A program made the position numbers and the translations under genes. Positions 31,114 to 41,607 of a stretch of DNA of 64,000 nt are shown here, in pieces. The stretch is from contig JBBIRR010000020.1 of the NCBI GenBank assembly GCA_037441705.1, positions 1 through 64,000 on the forward strand, given 5' to 3'. Under the pieces are notes generated by a model. That model ran no database searches. It saw only the letters and a list, made by a program, of their open reading frames with translations, and was not told the origin of the DNA. How positions within the stretch are numbered: position 1 is the stretch's first letter; each line of letters opens with the position of its first letter. The DNA comes from Ignavibacteriales bacterium (GTDB lineage Bacteria; Bacteroidota; Ignavibacteria; UBA10030; UBA6906).

Positions 31114-32024
31114 AGGATCTCAAGGGCTACCTCATGGTGATGGGAGCGGCCGTCTGCTGGGGTGCTTCTGCCACCTTCGCCAAACATCTGCTCAACCAAC
31201 AGTTCGATACCCTTTTGCTTGTTCAAACACGCGCAGTGTTTTCCTGTTGTGTGCTGCTGCTCGTCTTCGGCCTCGTTGCCCGCCATCTTCTGCGCGTGCA
31301 TCCGAAGGACCTCTGGCGCTTTGCGCTGTTAGGAGTTGTTGGGCTGGCCGGCGCTAACTTCACGTACTACTTTACGATCAAAGAAAGTTCGGTGGCAACC
31401 GGGATTACCATGCAGTACACGGCGCCGCTGTTCGTCATGACCTATGAGGTGCTGATGAAGGAAGAGCGATTCTCCGTGGCGAAACTGGTTGCCGCAGTTA
31501 TGTCCCTCACCGGCTGCTTTCTCGCGGTGACGGGATTCGATCTGGCGACGATGCGTATCACGCGGCTGGGACTGCTCTCCGGTATCGGTTCCATCATCAC
31601 CTTTTCTTTCATGACCATCTACATGCGGCATTTGTTGGTTCGGTATCGAGTCTGGACGGTGACGTTCTATTACATCGCGTTCGCTTCGCTGTTCTGGCTG
31701 ATTGTTGACCCGCCCTGGAGGCTCATCCCGCGGGTGCCCGATCCTGGGACGTGGGGAGATTTGTTTTTGCTCGCGATGGCATCGGTCCTGGTGCCGAACC
31801 TGTTGTTCACGGGGGGACTGAGGTACCTGGTGCCTTCTCGCGCGGTGATTACCAGTACGCTCGAGCCGGTGGTTGCGATCGTTACGGCAGCAGTGTTCAT
31901 CGGCGAAGCGATTACGCCGGTACAAGCCGCAGGAGCGGGATTGGTGATTCTGGCAATCGTCGTTCTCCAATTCCGCAGGGAGAGCGGCACATTGCCGTCT
32001 GCTGATGAGGGCGAGACAGGATGA
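31110..32024 (+). CDS. EamA/DMT family transporter
   Basis: About 10 hydrophobic segments; CWGASA, QYTAPLFV, STLEPVVA motifs. Confidence 0.92.
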   Translation: MKDLKGYLMVMGAAVCWGASATFAKHLLNQQFDTLLLVQTRAVFSCCVLLLVFGLVARHLLRVHPKDLWRFALLGVVGLAGANFTYYFTIKESSVATGITMQYTAPLFVMTYEVLMKEERFSVAKLVAAVMSLTGCFLAVTGFDLATMRITRLGLLSGIGSIITFSFMTIYMRHLLVRYRVWTVTFYYIAFASLFWLIVDPPWRLIPRVPDPGTWGDLFLLAMASVLVPNLLFTGGLRYLVPSRAVITSTLEPVVAIVTAAVFIGEAITPVQAAGAGLVILAIVVLQFRRESGTLPSADEGETG

Positions 32025-32608
32025 CGGCAAAAAGTGCGCGACGGATTGAACGGATTCAGACGGTGTTGCGGAAACGCCAGCCCGACCTCACCGTCGTTGT
32101 GGAAAACATTCACGATCCGCACAACGTCAGTGCAGTACTCCGCTCCTGCGATGCCGTGGGGGTGATGCAGGTAGAGCTGCTCTACACGATCGAGAAATTT
32201 CCCCGCATCGGCAAGAAAAGCTCTTCCAGCGCCAACAAGTGGCTGGAAAGAAGAAAACACCGGTCGGTTGACGAATGCTACACGACGCTGCGCGCCGAAG
32301 GGTTTTCGATCTACGCCACTCGGCTCGACGCTGCCGCCGTTTCCCTCTATGACCTCGATCTAACGAAGAAGGTCGCCCTCGTCTTCGGCAACGAACATCG
32401 CGGCGTGTCCGACGAGGCGGCACGGAAAGCGGACGGCAACTTCGTGATTCCGATGGTGGGGATGATTCAGAGTCTGAACATTTCCGTGGCCTGCGCCGTC
32501 AGTCTCTACGAGGCGATGCGACAGCGCTTGCTGGGCCATCATTACGATACACCCAAGCTCACTCCCGAAGAACTGGAAAGGCTGTTTGATGAGTGGATCA
32601 AGAGATAA
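32021..32608 (+). CDS. trmH: SpoU-family tRNA 2'-O-methyltransferase (TrmH-like)
   Basis: ENIHDPHNVSAVLRSCDA, VFGNEHRGVS, IPMVGMIQSLNISVA. Confidence 0.9.
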   Translation: MTAKSARRIERIQTVLRKRQPDLTVVVENIHDPHNVSAVLRSCDAVGVMQVELLYTIEKFPRIGKKSSSSANKWLERRKHRSVDECYTTLRAEGFSIYATRLDAAAVSLYDLDLTKKVALVFGNEHRGVSDEAARKADGNFVIPMVGMIQSLNISVACAVSLYEAMRQRLLGHHYDTPKLTPEELERLFDEWIKR

Positions 32609-32618
32609 CAGTTCGTTC

Positions 32619-33794
32619 ATGACGCGCCTCGAGTGCAGCCGATGCCGTGCCGTGTTCGATCATCGAGAGATACATACGGTGTGCACGCACTGCGGGCACT
32701 CGCTCTTTGCGCGATACGATCTCGACAAAGCCCGTATACGGCTTTCGCCTAACTTCTTTGCGAAGCGGCCGCCGACCTTGTGGAGGTACCGCGAGCTTCT
32801 GCCGGTGATAGACGATACCAACATTGTTTCCCTCGGCGAAGGGTTCACGCCGATCCTGCACCTCAAGAACCTCGGGAGGAATCTCGGGTTCGATCATCTG
32901 TACATGAAAGATGAAGGCATGAACCCGACCGGCTCGTTCAAGGCACGCGGCCTGTGCATGGCCGTTGCGAAGGCAAAGGAATTGGGGATCACCGAGTGCT
33001 GCATTCCCACCGCGGGCAACGCAGGCGGAGCGCTTGCTGCGTACGGCGCGGCCACCGGAATTTCGTCGCATATCTTCATGCCCGAAGAGACGCCCCGCGT
33101 CAACATTGAGGAATGCCGACTGTACGGTGCGGACGTGCACCTTGTGCCGGGGACAATCAGCGACGCAGCCAGGGTGATGAACGCGGCAAAAGCACACAAT
33201 GCGTGGTTCGACATGTCCACGTTGAAGGAGCCGTACAGGTTGGAGGGAAAGAAAACGATGGGCTACGAAATCGCCGAGCAGTTTGGCTGGCAGCTTCCTG
33301 ATGTGATAGTGTATCCGACCGGCGGTGGAACGGGCTTGATCGGCATGTGGAAGGCATTCGATGAGCTGGAAGAATTGGGCTGGATTGACAAGACGCGTCC
33401 GCGCATGGTTTCGGTGCAAAGCTCGGGATGCGCGCCAATTGTGAAGGCGTTCAATGCTCATGCCGCAATCTCGGAGTTTTGGGAGAGCGCCGAAACCTGT
33501 GCAGCGGGACTGCGTGTACCGAAGGCTTTTGCCGATGCGCTGATCCTCGACGCGTTGTATGCAAGCAACGGCTGCGCACTCGCAGTTGATGATGAGGAGA
33601 TCATCGAGAGCATCAGGGTCGTCGCGCGCCACGAGGGGCTTCTGCTCTCGCCTGAAGGCGCTGCAACTGTGGCGGCGCTGAGCGCGTTGCGCTTGCAAGG
33701 TGTGGTCACTGAGGCGTCGCGCGTTCTCCTCTACAACACAGGATCGGGGTTCAAGTACACCGAAGTACTCGCGCGTGCGGCCTCCAAAAACTGA
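32619..33794 (+). CDS. Threonine synthase / fold type II PLP enzyme with N-terminal CxxC motifs
   Basis: LGEGFTP, NPTGSFKARG, TAGNAG, EGKKTMGYE, PTGGGTG, PEGAA. Confidence 0.85.
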   Translation: MTRLECSRCRAVFDHREIHTVCTHCGHSLFARYDLDKARIRLSPNFFAKRPPTLWRYRELLPVIDDTNIVSLGEGFTPILHLKNLGRNLGFDHLYMKDEGMNPTGSFKARGLCMAVAKAKELGITECCIPTAGNAGGALAAYGAATGISSHIFMPEETPRVNIEECRLYGADVHLVPGTISDAARVMNAAKAHNAWFDMSTLKEPYRLEGKKTMGYEIAEQFGWQLPDVIVYPTGGGTGLIGMWKAFDELEELGWIDKTRPRMVSVQSSGCAPIVKAFNAHAAISEFWESAETCAAGLRVPKAFADALILDALYASNGCALAVDDEEIIESIRVVARHEGLLLSPEGAATVAALSALRLQGVVTEASRVLLYNTGSGFKYTEVLARAASKN

Positions 33795-33803
33795 CTCGTT
33801 GCC

Positions 33804-33832
33804 TTGCATCCTCCACGTTCGATGGGTATATT
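33804..33832 (+). promoter_or_regulatory. Sigma70-type promoter
   Basis: TTGCAT-N17-TATATT. Confidence 0.6.
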
Positions 33833-33907
33833 CTCATGGCGCTCTGGAGCAACATCTTCTACTCCCATCCGTATGCATAGGCGTGATTGTGTACTCTTCC
33901 CCAAAGT

Positions 33908-34057
33908 ATGGAGTCTTTTTTTCGAGATAACCTGCTGCTGATCGGCATCATCGTCTTTGCCATCTTTGGCTATCTGCTGTTGTTGGTTCGGAAAAGGAAG
34001 CGACAGGACTATCTGCATTCCGACCGCAAAGAGCACGAAGCAACTCCGAAGAAGTAG
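33908..34057 (+). CDS. Small (49 aa) single-pass membrane protein, below the ORF-track cutoff
   Basis: MESFFRDNLLLIGIIVFAIFGYLLLLVRKRKRQDYLHSDRKEHEATPKK: one TM helix followed by a basic cluster; upstream promoter. Confidence 0.65.
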   Translation: MESFFRDNLLLIGIIVFAIFGYLLLLVRKRKRQDYLHSDRKEHEATPKK

Positions 34058-34213
34058 GAGTCATCTCTCTCCGCGTCAGTCATCTCGTCTTGTTTGTTCC
34101 CGCATTTTTCGGTAAGATGTAAGTGTTGAGTGATCAGTATGCAACTGCATGCGTCAAGACGCTCGGTCTCCTGACGATGATTTGATCAGAGGAACAAGGG
34201 GTTTCGACTCTCA

Positions 34214-36466
34214 ATGAAAACATTCTCTGCCTTTCTTACACTTGTTGTGTGTTGTCTTGCAACGGCACAGGCGCAGGACCAACAGGCACCAACCAAGCCT
34301 TCGACAAAAACACATCACACGAACGTCACGTTGCTTGCGGACGTGAAGAGCATTCAACCCGGCACGCCCTTCACTGTCGGCGTGCTGATGAAGATGGATG
34401 AAGGGTGGCACACCTACTGGCAAAACTCCGGCGAGGCGGGGTTGCCAACAGAAATAGACTGGACGCTGCCCGAGGGTTTCACGGCGGGGCCAATCCAATG
34501 GCCGCTTCCGCACAAATACAACGAGAGCGGCGACGTCTTGACGTATGGCTACGCGACCGAAACCATGCTGCTTGTTGAGATTACCCCGCCCACAGCGCTT
34601 GCAGCCGGAACAGCAACCCTGAAAGCAAAAGTCCGGTGGCTGGAATGCGAAACGCTGTGCGTGCCCGGCAGTGCGTCGGTGTCGCTCACCCTTCCCGTCC
34701 GACCAACAACTCCGGAAAAGGCGAATCAAGAGTTGTTCAAGAAGTACCGGGCGATGGTGCCACAACCCCTTGCCGCGATGCCGGGGTTCGCATGGAAATC
34801 GGAGGCAAAGAACAGCACGGTTTCTCTTAAATTGATTGCTGAAGCCAACAAGCAGTTCGTCTTTCAAACCGATGTGGTTCCGGATTTCTATCCCTACCCG
34901 AATGACTCGTTGGCATTTGGACGGACGAAAGTGACTGTTGACGGTTCGCGTGCATTGCTGACGATTCCACTTACGGCCTATGAGAAAGTCTCCGGCCCCT
35001 TCACGATGCGCGGCGTTCTCGTGTATCAATTGGTTGGTGGAGAAAAGGCAACGGGAGTTATCGAAGTTCCGCTTTCCCGTGAGTTCTGCGCAGGTATTCG
35101 CCTCGAAGGTGAGGACGGAGCTGCCACCGACGGCAGCTTACTTGACCGTTCTTTCACTTCAGTCGAAGCCGCTGGTGCTGAATACTCGCTTCTCCTCTAC
35201 GTTCTCTTTGCCATTCTCGGCGGCATGTTGCTCAACATCATGCCGTGCGTTCTGCCCGTTATCGGGCTGAAAATCTTCGGGTTGATGCGGATGTCGGGCG
35301 ATGAACCGGCGCGCGTGAAACGCCTCGGCTGGTTCTTCTCGCTCGGCATTCTCGCTTCGTTTCTTGTGCTTGCTATTCTCATCATCATCCTGAAGGCAAC
35401 AGGCGAGTTGGTGGGATGGGGGTTCCAGTTCCAGGAGCCGCTCTTCGTCATCGCGATGTGCACGATCGTATTTGCCTTTGGCTTGAGTTTGTTTGGCGTG
35501 TTCGAGATCAGCCTTCCGTTCATGCTGGCGTTCGTGAGTGCCGGAAGCGCCATGGAGAAACGCGATTCGGACAAGGGCTACGTGTCCTCATTCTCCGAAG
35601 GCGTGTTTGCAACAATTCTCGCAACGCCGTGCACGGCTCCGTTCCTCGGCGCGGCGATGGGATTTGCGTTCTCGCAGCCCGCTCACATTATTCTGTTGTT
35701 GTTCACCAGCGTTGCATTCGGCATGGCATTGCCGTATCTCATTCTTACCACCAAGCCGGCATGGATGAGGTTCATGCCGAAACCCGGCGAGTGGATGGTG
35801 ACGGCAAAGCAGTTCATGGGCTTCCTCATGATGGCCACCCTCGTGTGGCTTTTGCAAGTTCTCGGCTCGCAGCTCGGCATGGAGGCGGTGATCTGGACGG
35901 CCGCGTTTCTGTTGTTCGTCGGCTTCGCCTGCTGGTTGGTGGGACGCTTTGCCACGCTCAGCGCCTCGCGGGGTAAGTATCTCGGAACGTGGGCCGCGGC
36001 GATTCTCGTCGTTGCGCTCGGCTTCCATTTGTTTATTGGCGATGTGCTCAAGGCGCGTGACATTCTCTCGCATACGGCTGTTGCAAACACGACTACGCCG
36101 TCAACGGATGGGATTCCCTGGCAACCCTTTTCGCTTGAGCAGCTCGAATCCCACCTCAAAGCGAACAAAACCGTCTTCATTGATTTCACCGCCGAGTGGT
36201 GTCTGACATGCAAAGTGAATGAGAAGACAGTCTTAGCGGACCGAACGGTCGTCGAGAAGTTCAAGCAGAGCAATGTTGTGGCGATGAAGGCTGATTGGAC
36301 AAACGGCAACGAAACGATCACGCGTTTACTTCAAAAGTTCGGACGCTCCGGCGTGCCGTTGTATGTCGTCTTTCCAGCCGGCAGGCCGAACGAGCCTATT
36401 GTGCTGCCGGAGGTGATTACGACGGGGATCGTGCTTGAAGCGTTGAGAAATGCAGTATCAGAGTAG
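34214..36466 (+). CDS. dsbD: Protein-disulfide reductase DsbD-like (N-terminal Ig-like domain, TM domain, thioredoxin)
   Basis: GWHTYWQNSGEAG, CETLC, LNIMPCVLPV, ATPCTAP, FTAEWCLTCK. Confidence 0.9.
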   Translation: MKTFSAFLTLVVCCLATAQAQDQQAPTKPSTKTHHTNVTLLADVKSIQPGTPFTVGVLMKMDEGWHTYWQNSGEAGLPTEIDWTLPEGFTAGPIQWPLPHKYNESGDVLTYGYATETMLLVEITPPTALAAGTATLKAKVRWLECETLCVPGSASVSLTLPVRPTTPEKANQELFKKYRAMVPQPLAAMPGFAWKSEAKNSTVSLKLIAEANKQFVFQTDVVPDFYPYPNDSLAFGRTKVTVDGSRALLTIPLTAYEKVSGPFTMRGVLVYQLVGGEKATGVIEVPLSREFCAGIRLEGEDGAATDGSLLDRSFTSVEAAGAEYSLLLYVLFAILGGMLLNIMPCVLPVIGLKIFGLMRMSGDEPARVKRLGWFFSLGILASFLVLAILIIILKATGELVGWGFQFQEPLFVIAMCTIVFAFGLSLFGVFEISLPFMLAFVSAGSAMEKRDSDKGYVSSFSEGVFATILATPCTAPFLGAAMGFAFSQPAHIILLLFTSVAFGMALPYLILTTKPAWMRFMPKPGEWMVTAKQFMGFLMMATLVWLLQVLGSQLGMEAVIWTAAFLLFVGFACWLVGRFATLSASRGKYLGTWAAAILVVALGFHLFIGDVLKARDILSHTAVANTTTPSTDGIPWQPFSLEQLESHLKANKTVFIDFTAEWCLTCKVNEKTVLADRTVVEKFKQSNVVAMKADWTNGNETITRLLQKFGRSGVPLYVVFPAGRPNEPIVLPEVITTGIVLEALRNAVSE

Positions 36467-36494
36467 GCGGCTTGCTGCTTGAAAATGAAACAAA

Positions 36495-36715
36495 TCAGGA
36501 CTCGAACTCATTGGTTGGAATCTGCGATTGACGGATAATTGATTTCAACCTCCGGGTTTGATTTCTTTATGGTTGGGCACGGGAACAGTTATTGTCGAGA
36601 ACCCCGTCTTCTTCTGCATGATGATATGGCTCCCACGTTGCCGGACGTTTTGAAAGCCGTGCTTTGATAGGATCTGACAGACCTCGTTGCCTGAGAAGAC
36701 TCGCAGCTTAGCCAA
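36495..36715 (-). pseudogene. hicA: HicA toxin, frameshifted
   Basis: TTG start overlaps the hicB stop; MAKLRVFSGNEVCQILSKHGFQNVRQRGSHIIMQK...VPVPNHKEIKPG, stop, then LKSIIRQSQIPTNEFES in the shifted frame. Confidence 0.82.
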
Positions 36716-36935
36716 CGGCTACCTCTAAACGCGTCACAAAAACCTCGTCGTGCAGGCGTTCTCGAACCTCCTGTTGCGAGGCTGTCTCGAAAAACAATTC
36801 GATAGCCTCCTTAAGATTCTGCCGAGCTTCTTCCACAGTGTTGCCCTGGCTTGCGATGTCAAGCTCGGGGCAGAGAGCAACGTACATGTCGTCCTCCCGC
36901 TCGATCACCGCCGTGAATTGGTGTTTGGTTTGCAT
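36708..36935 (-). CDS. hicB: HicB-family antitoxin (short form)
   Basis: FTAVIERE..YVALCPELDIASQGNTVEEARQNLKEAIELF. Confidence 0.9.
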   Translation of the reverse strand: MQTKHQFTAVIEREDDMYVALCPELDIASQGNTVEEARQNLKEAIELFFETASQQEVRERLHDEVFVTRLEVAVG

Positions 36936-37019
36936 CTCGATTTTCCGTCCATTGTTCTGGTACGAGATTACTAAATTCCGGAATCTAAAACAAATTCCTC
37001 CACATTGGACTAGACCAGA

Positions 37020-37120
37020 GCGATGAAAGCGAACTGGACAAGCTGTTGCCGGAGGTGATTACGACGGGGATCGTCCTCGACGCTATAGAGAAGGCGGCCG
37101 GCACTCTTTCATCGCAGTAG
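37020..37120 (+). pseudogene. Relic second copy of the dsbD 3' end
   Basis: AMKANWTS (vs AMKADWTN in dsbD), then after a deletion LPEVITTGIVLDAIEKAAGTLSSQ* (vs LPEVITTGIVLEALRNAVSE*). Confidence 0.75.
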
Positions 37121-37402
37121 CACGAGCTTTTTTGTCTGTGTGAATGCGCCTGCTTGCAACCGATAGAAGTACACTCCCGAAGCGAAACGTATCGCATCCC
37201 ACGTAACGAACTTACGTCCCGAAGCTTTCATCCCCTGCACGAGCGTTGTCACGTGCCTTCCTGTGAGATCATAGACGTTCAAGGAAACGTGCTCGTAGTT
37301 CGCTGTCTCATAGAGAATAGTCGTTTCGCCGTTGAACGGATTGGGATAATTCTGCGAAAGGAAGTAGGATTGAGGGACACCTACAACGGGATCGTTCGAT
37401 CT
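37109..37402 (-). pseudogene. Orphan T9SS C-terminal sorting domain with no start codon of its own
   Basis: RSNDPVVGVPQSYFLSQNYPNPFNGETTILY...LNVYDLTGRHVTTLV...FASGVYFYRLQAGAFTQTKKLVLLR*. Confidence 0.85.
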
Positions 37403-38158
37403 TCACCCAGACTGAGAGTCCAAGATCTTCCGCAAAATCATTTTCGTCGCCTCTGGGAACTCGCTCTCTAACATCCACTGAACATAATCGAGATGCTGTG
37501 TTACCAGCTCTCCTTTATGTTTGCCGAAATTGAACACGATCTCGCCCTTGTCATTGCGGATCAGGTGTCGTGCGTAGTCCACCGTATCGGGACGGGTACA
37601 ATAGGTGTGAAGTTCATCGAGCGATAATGACCCGATGTCGGGGTAGCGGGCAAGCTGCGCGCGGAACACTTCGTAGGTTGCCCGGACGTCTGCTTCGGCA
37701 CTGTGAGCGTTCTCTAACGTCTTGCCGCAATAAAACCTGTATGCGGCTGAAAGCGTGCGTTCCTCCTTCCGTTTGAAAATCGTGCACACGTCAATCAGTC
37801 GCGTTCCTTCCTGCGGAAACTCCATGCCGCATCGCGCAAACTCCTCGGCGAGAAACGGAATGTCGAAGGCGTTGGAGTTGTAGCCCGCAATGTCGCAGCC
37901 CGCCAAAAACTCAAACAGCGACCGAGCAATATCTCGAAAGCGAGGCTGGTCCCGCACATCTTCGTCCGTGATTCCGTGAATGGCGGTTGCTTCCCTCGGT
38001 ATGGGCTTGCCCGGATTGATGAGTCGGGTGCGGCTTTCCTCGGAGGAGTCGGGGTGAATTTTCAGCACCGAGATTTGCACGATGCGGTCGGCAACGAAAT
38101 CTTTGCCCGTGGTTTCGAGATCGAGGAAGACGATGGGGCGGGTGAGGGGGAGGTTCAT
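37403..38158 (-). CDS. DEDDh 3'-5' exonuclease (DNA polymerase III epsilon-like)
   Basis: FLDLETTG, GYNSNAFD, AHSAEADV; C-terminal FNFGKHKG. Confidence 0.92.
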   Translation of the reverse strand: MNLPLTRPIVFLDLETTGKDFVADRIVQISVLKIHPDSSEESRTRLINPGKPIPREATAIHGITDEDVRDQPRFRDIARSLFEFLAGCDIAGYNSNAFDIPFLAEEFARCGMEFPQEGTRLIDVCTIFKRKEERTLSAAYRFYCGKTLENAHSAEADVRATYEVFRAQLARYPDIGSLSLDELHTYCTRPDTVDYARHLIRNDKGEIVFNFGKHKGELVTQHLDYVQWMLESEFPEATKMILRKILDSQSG

Positions 38159-38544
38159 TGGAGCGGTTGAACATGATTACGTACCCAATCCGTAAATTCA
38201 TCCCGCTGCATCTCTCCTGCCGCGAGGGCGAGGATTATTTGTTCTTGCTCATCTCGCGGCGCCACGACTTCATAGCCGTTCATCATGAGAAATGTCTCCA
38301 ACGCGTAATGCCCGATTCGTTTGTTGCCGTCAACAAAGGCGTGATTCTTAATAAGAGAGAATGCTAACGCTGCGGCCTTTTCCTCCAGTGTGGGATACAG
38401 CTCTTTTCCACCGAATGCCATCTGAGGCTGGGCAAGCGCAGACTCCAAGGCTCCGATATCTCTTGACCCGAACGAGCCACCAGAGCGTTTGACGAGATAC
38501 GTGTGCAGCTCCAGTACCTCATCGACGGTGAGGTAGAGGATCAT
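38155..38544 (-). CDS. Doc/Fic-family toxin
   Basis: RDIGALESALAQP, KAAAL...NHAFVDGNKRIG. Confidence 0.92.
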   Translation of the reverse strand: MILYLTVDEVLELHTYLVKRSGGSFGSRDIGALESALAQPQMAFGGKELYPTLEEKAAALAFSLIKNHAFVDGNKRIGHYALETFLMMNGYEVVAPRDEQEQIILALAAGEMQRDEFTDWVRNHVQPLQ

Positions 38545-38738
38545 GCAAGACGACGATACAGTTCGATGTTCTTTTCAAGGGCGCGAGCAGCAGCTTCTAA
38601 GAATTTCTCATCACGGCCACTCAGGATGTGATCGATGCGCAAACGTACGATGTCTTCAGGAGAAACGCCAAGCCGACTTGCAATGTCTTTCAGTTTTGCC
38701 ATCTGCTCGTCTGTCAGCGAGACTGAAATTGTGTTCAT
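38541..38738 (-). CDS. Putative antitoxin (ribbon-helix-helix-like) of the Doc toxin
   Basis: 65 aa; ISVSLTDE..AKLKDIASRLGVSPE; C-terminal N.ELYRRLA typical of Doc partners; overlaps the doc start. Confidence 0.8.
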   Translation of the reverse strand: MNTISVSLTDEQMAKLKDIASRLGVSPEDIVRLRIDHILSGRDEKFLEAAARALEKNIELYRRLA

Positions 38739-38879
38739 GAGGCCCTCTTTGTTATTTCATTGCAGGTAAGGTAGAAATTCGGCGAACGAAGAGCAATGGT
38801 GACACTTCTTTGCTCCGATAAGCTTTTGTGACGCTTCTGTCTTATATTCAGTCACGTTGCGACTCCGCACACAATCTGA

Positions 38880-40535
<1,656 letters not shown>

Positions 40536-40622
40536 AGTGTTGTGAGAGTTGTTATATATTGCACTGCAGTAGCTTCAGGTGAAGGGTTTCATCACGTTCG
40601 TTGAGAGCCCGGAGGAAAAGCG

Positions 40623-40925
40623 ATGACATTTGAAATATCAGAAGCAACCCGGAAACAATTGGAAGAGATTTGCCGGAAGTACCACGTTCGTCGACTCTCG
40701 ATCTTCGGTTCTACTATTCACGGTAATGCTCGGCCCGACAGCGACCTTGATGTGTTGGTGGAATTTGAGCCGGGACGAACACCGGGATTTGCGTTCGCAA
40801 GATTGGAGCGAGAACTTTCTGCTGTTCTCCGGCGGCAAGTTGACCTGCGGACTCCTAACGACCTCGGCAAATACTTTCGTGAAAATGTTGTGAAGGAAGC
40901 TCAAACCATCTATGCCGCTCACTGA
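40623..40925 (+). CDS. Minimal nucleotidyltransferase (MNT) antitoxin
   Basis: FGS-x10-DLD ([21 protein letters not shown]). Confidence 0.92.
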   Translation: MTFEISEATRKQLEEICRKYHVRRLSIFGSTIHGNARPDSDLDVLVEFEPGRTPGFAFARLERELSAVLRRQVDLRTPNDLGKYFRENVVKEAQTIYAAH

Positions 40926-41280
40926 AGAAGACCCGATTCGGTTGCAGCACATGCTCGAGTATGCGCAGAAAGCGCTGCGGTTTTCCAAAGGTAAGACGCG
41001 AGCTGACCTTGAGCACGACGACCAATTGACGCTTGCACTTACGCGGGCAGTTGAAATCATCGGTGAGGCCGCATCCAAGACCTCCCGCTATCTTCAAGAA
41101 CAAACGCCGACAATCCCGTGGGCTGATATCATCGGTACGCGCAACCGACTTGTTCATGCCTACATGAGCGTTGACCTTGACGTGTTATGGGCGATAGTTG
41201 CAGAGGACTTGCCGCCTCTTGTAGCCGACCTTCAAAGAGCCCTCGACGAAATCAATCGACAACAAAATCGCTTCAGATAG
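40912..41280 (+). CDS. HEPN (DUF86/HepT-like) RNase toxin
   Basis: [21 protein letters not shown] (Rx4H); overlaps the MNT gene. Confidence 0.92.
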   Translation: MPLTEEDPIRLQHMLEYAQKALRFSKGKTRADLEHDDQLTLALTRAVEIIGEAASKTSRYLQEQTPTIPWADIIGTRNRLVHAYMSVDLDVLWAIVAEDLPPLVADLQRALDEINRQQNRFR

Positions 41281-41285
41281 ACCTC

Positions 41286-41474
41286 ATGGCATTCCGACCT
41301 GCACCAAATCTCATCGAAGCTCTGGATGCAGAGGGCAACGTCCAACTCATGTTTCGAACCACTCCGCTGGCAAAGCAGTACGAAGAAAAGAAGGCTCAAC
41401 TTGCAGATGTGAGAGTCTCGGAGGAGTTGGAGGCGGAACTCTTCGGCGACATCTACACCTTTTTCAGCCGCTGA
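41286..41474 (+). pseudogene. Possible fragment of a type III R-M Mod-like methyltransferase N-terminal region
   Basis: Ends ELEAELFGDIYTFFSR*, resembling the recalled ExF/YxxLYxFFSRYY motif of that family; not verified by search. Confidence 0.4.
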
Positions 41475-41607
41475 AGAAGCGGATCTGCTTCACGATTATC
41501 ATCCTCCCACTTCTACCGGGAGTCTGCGACCGCCCGTTTCGTTGATTTTCAAGCCTCATCTCGTTACCTTGATGCAAGCAGAAACCGACCATCACGCTTG
41601 ATTGCCG

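Larger units (their letters stand above)
36405..37074. repeat. 28-bp direct repeat (36405-36432 and 37047-37074) flanking the hicBA islet
   Basis: tgccggaggtgattacgacggggatcgt is identical in the dsbD 3' end and about 640 bp downstream. Confidence 0.9.

Noticed and set aside
37403-37405. Selenocysteine recoding of the exonuclease TGA
   Set aside because: The position is not a catalytic Cys equivalent and the downstream hairpin is too small for a bacterial SECIS
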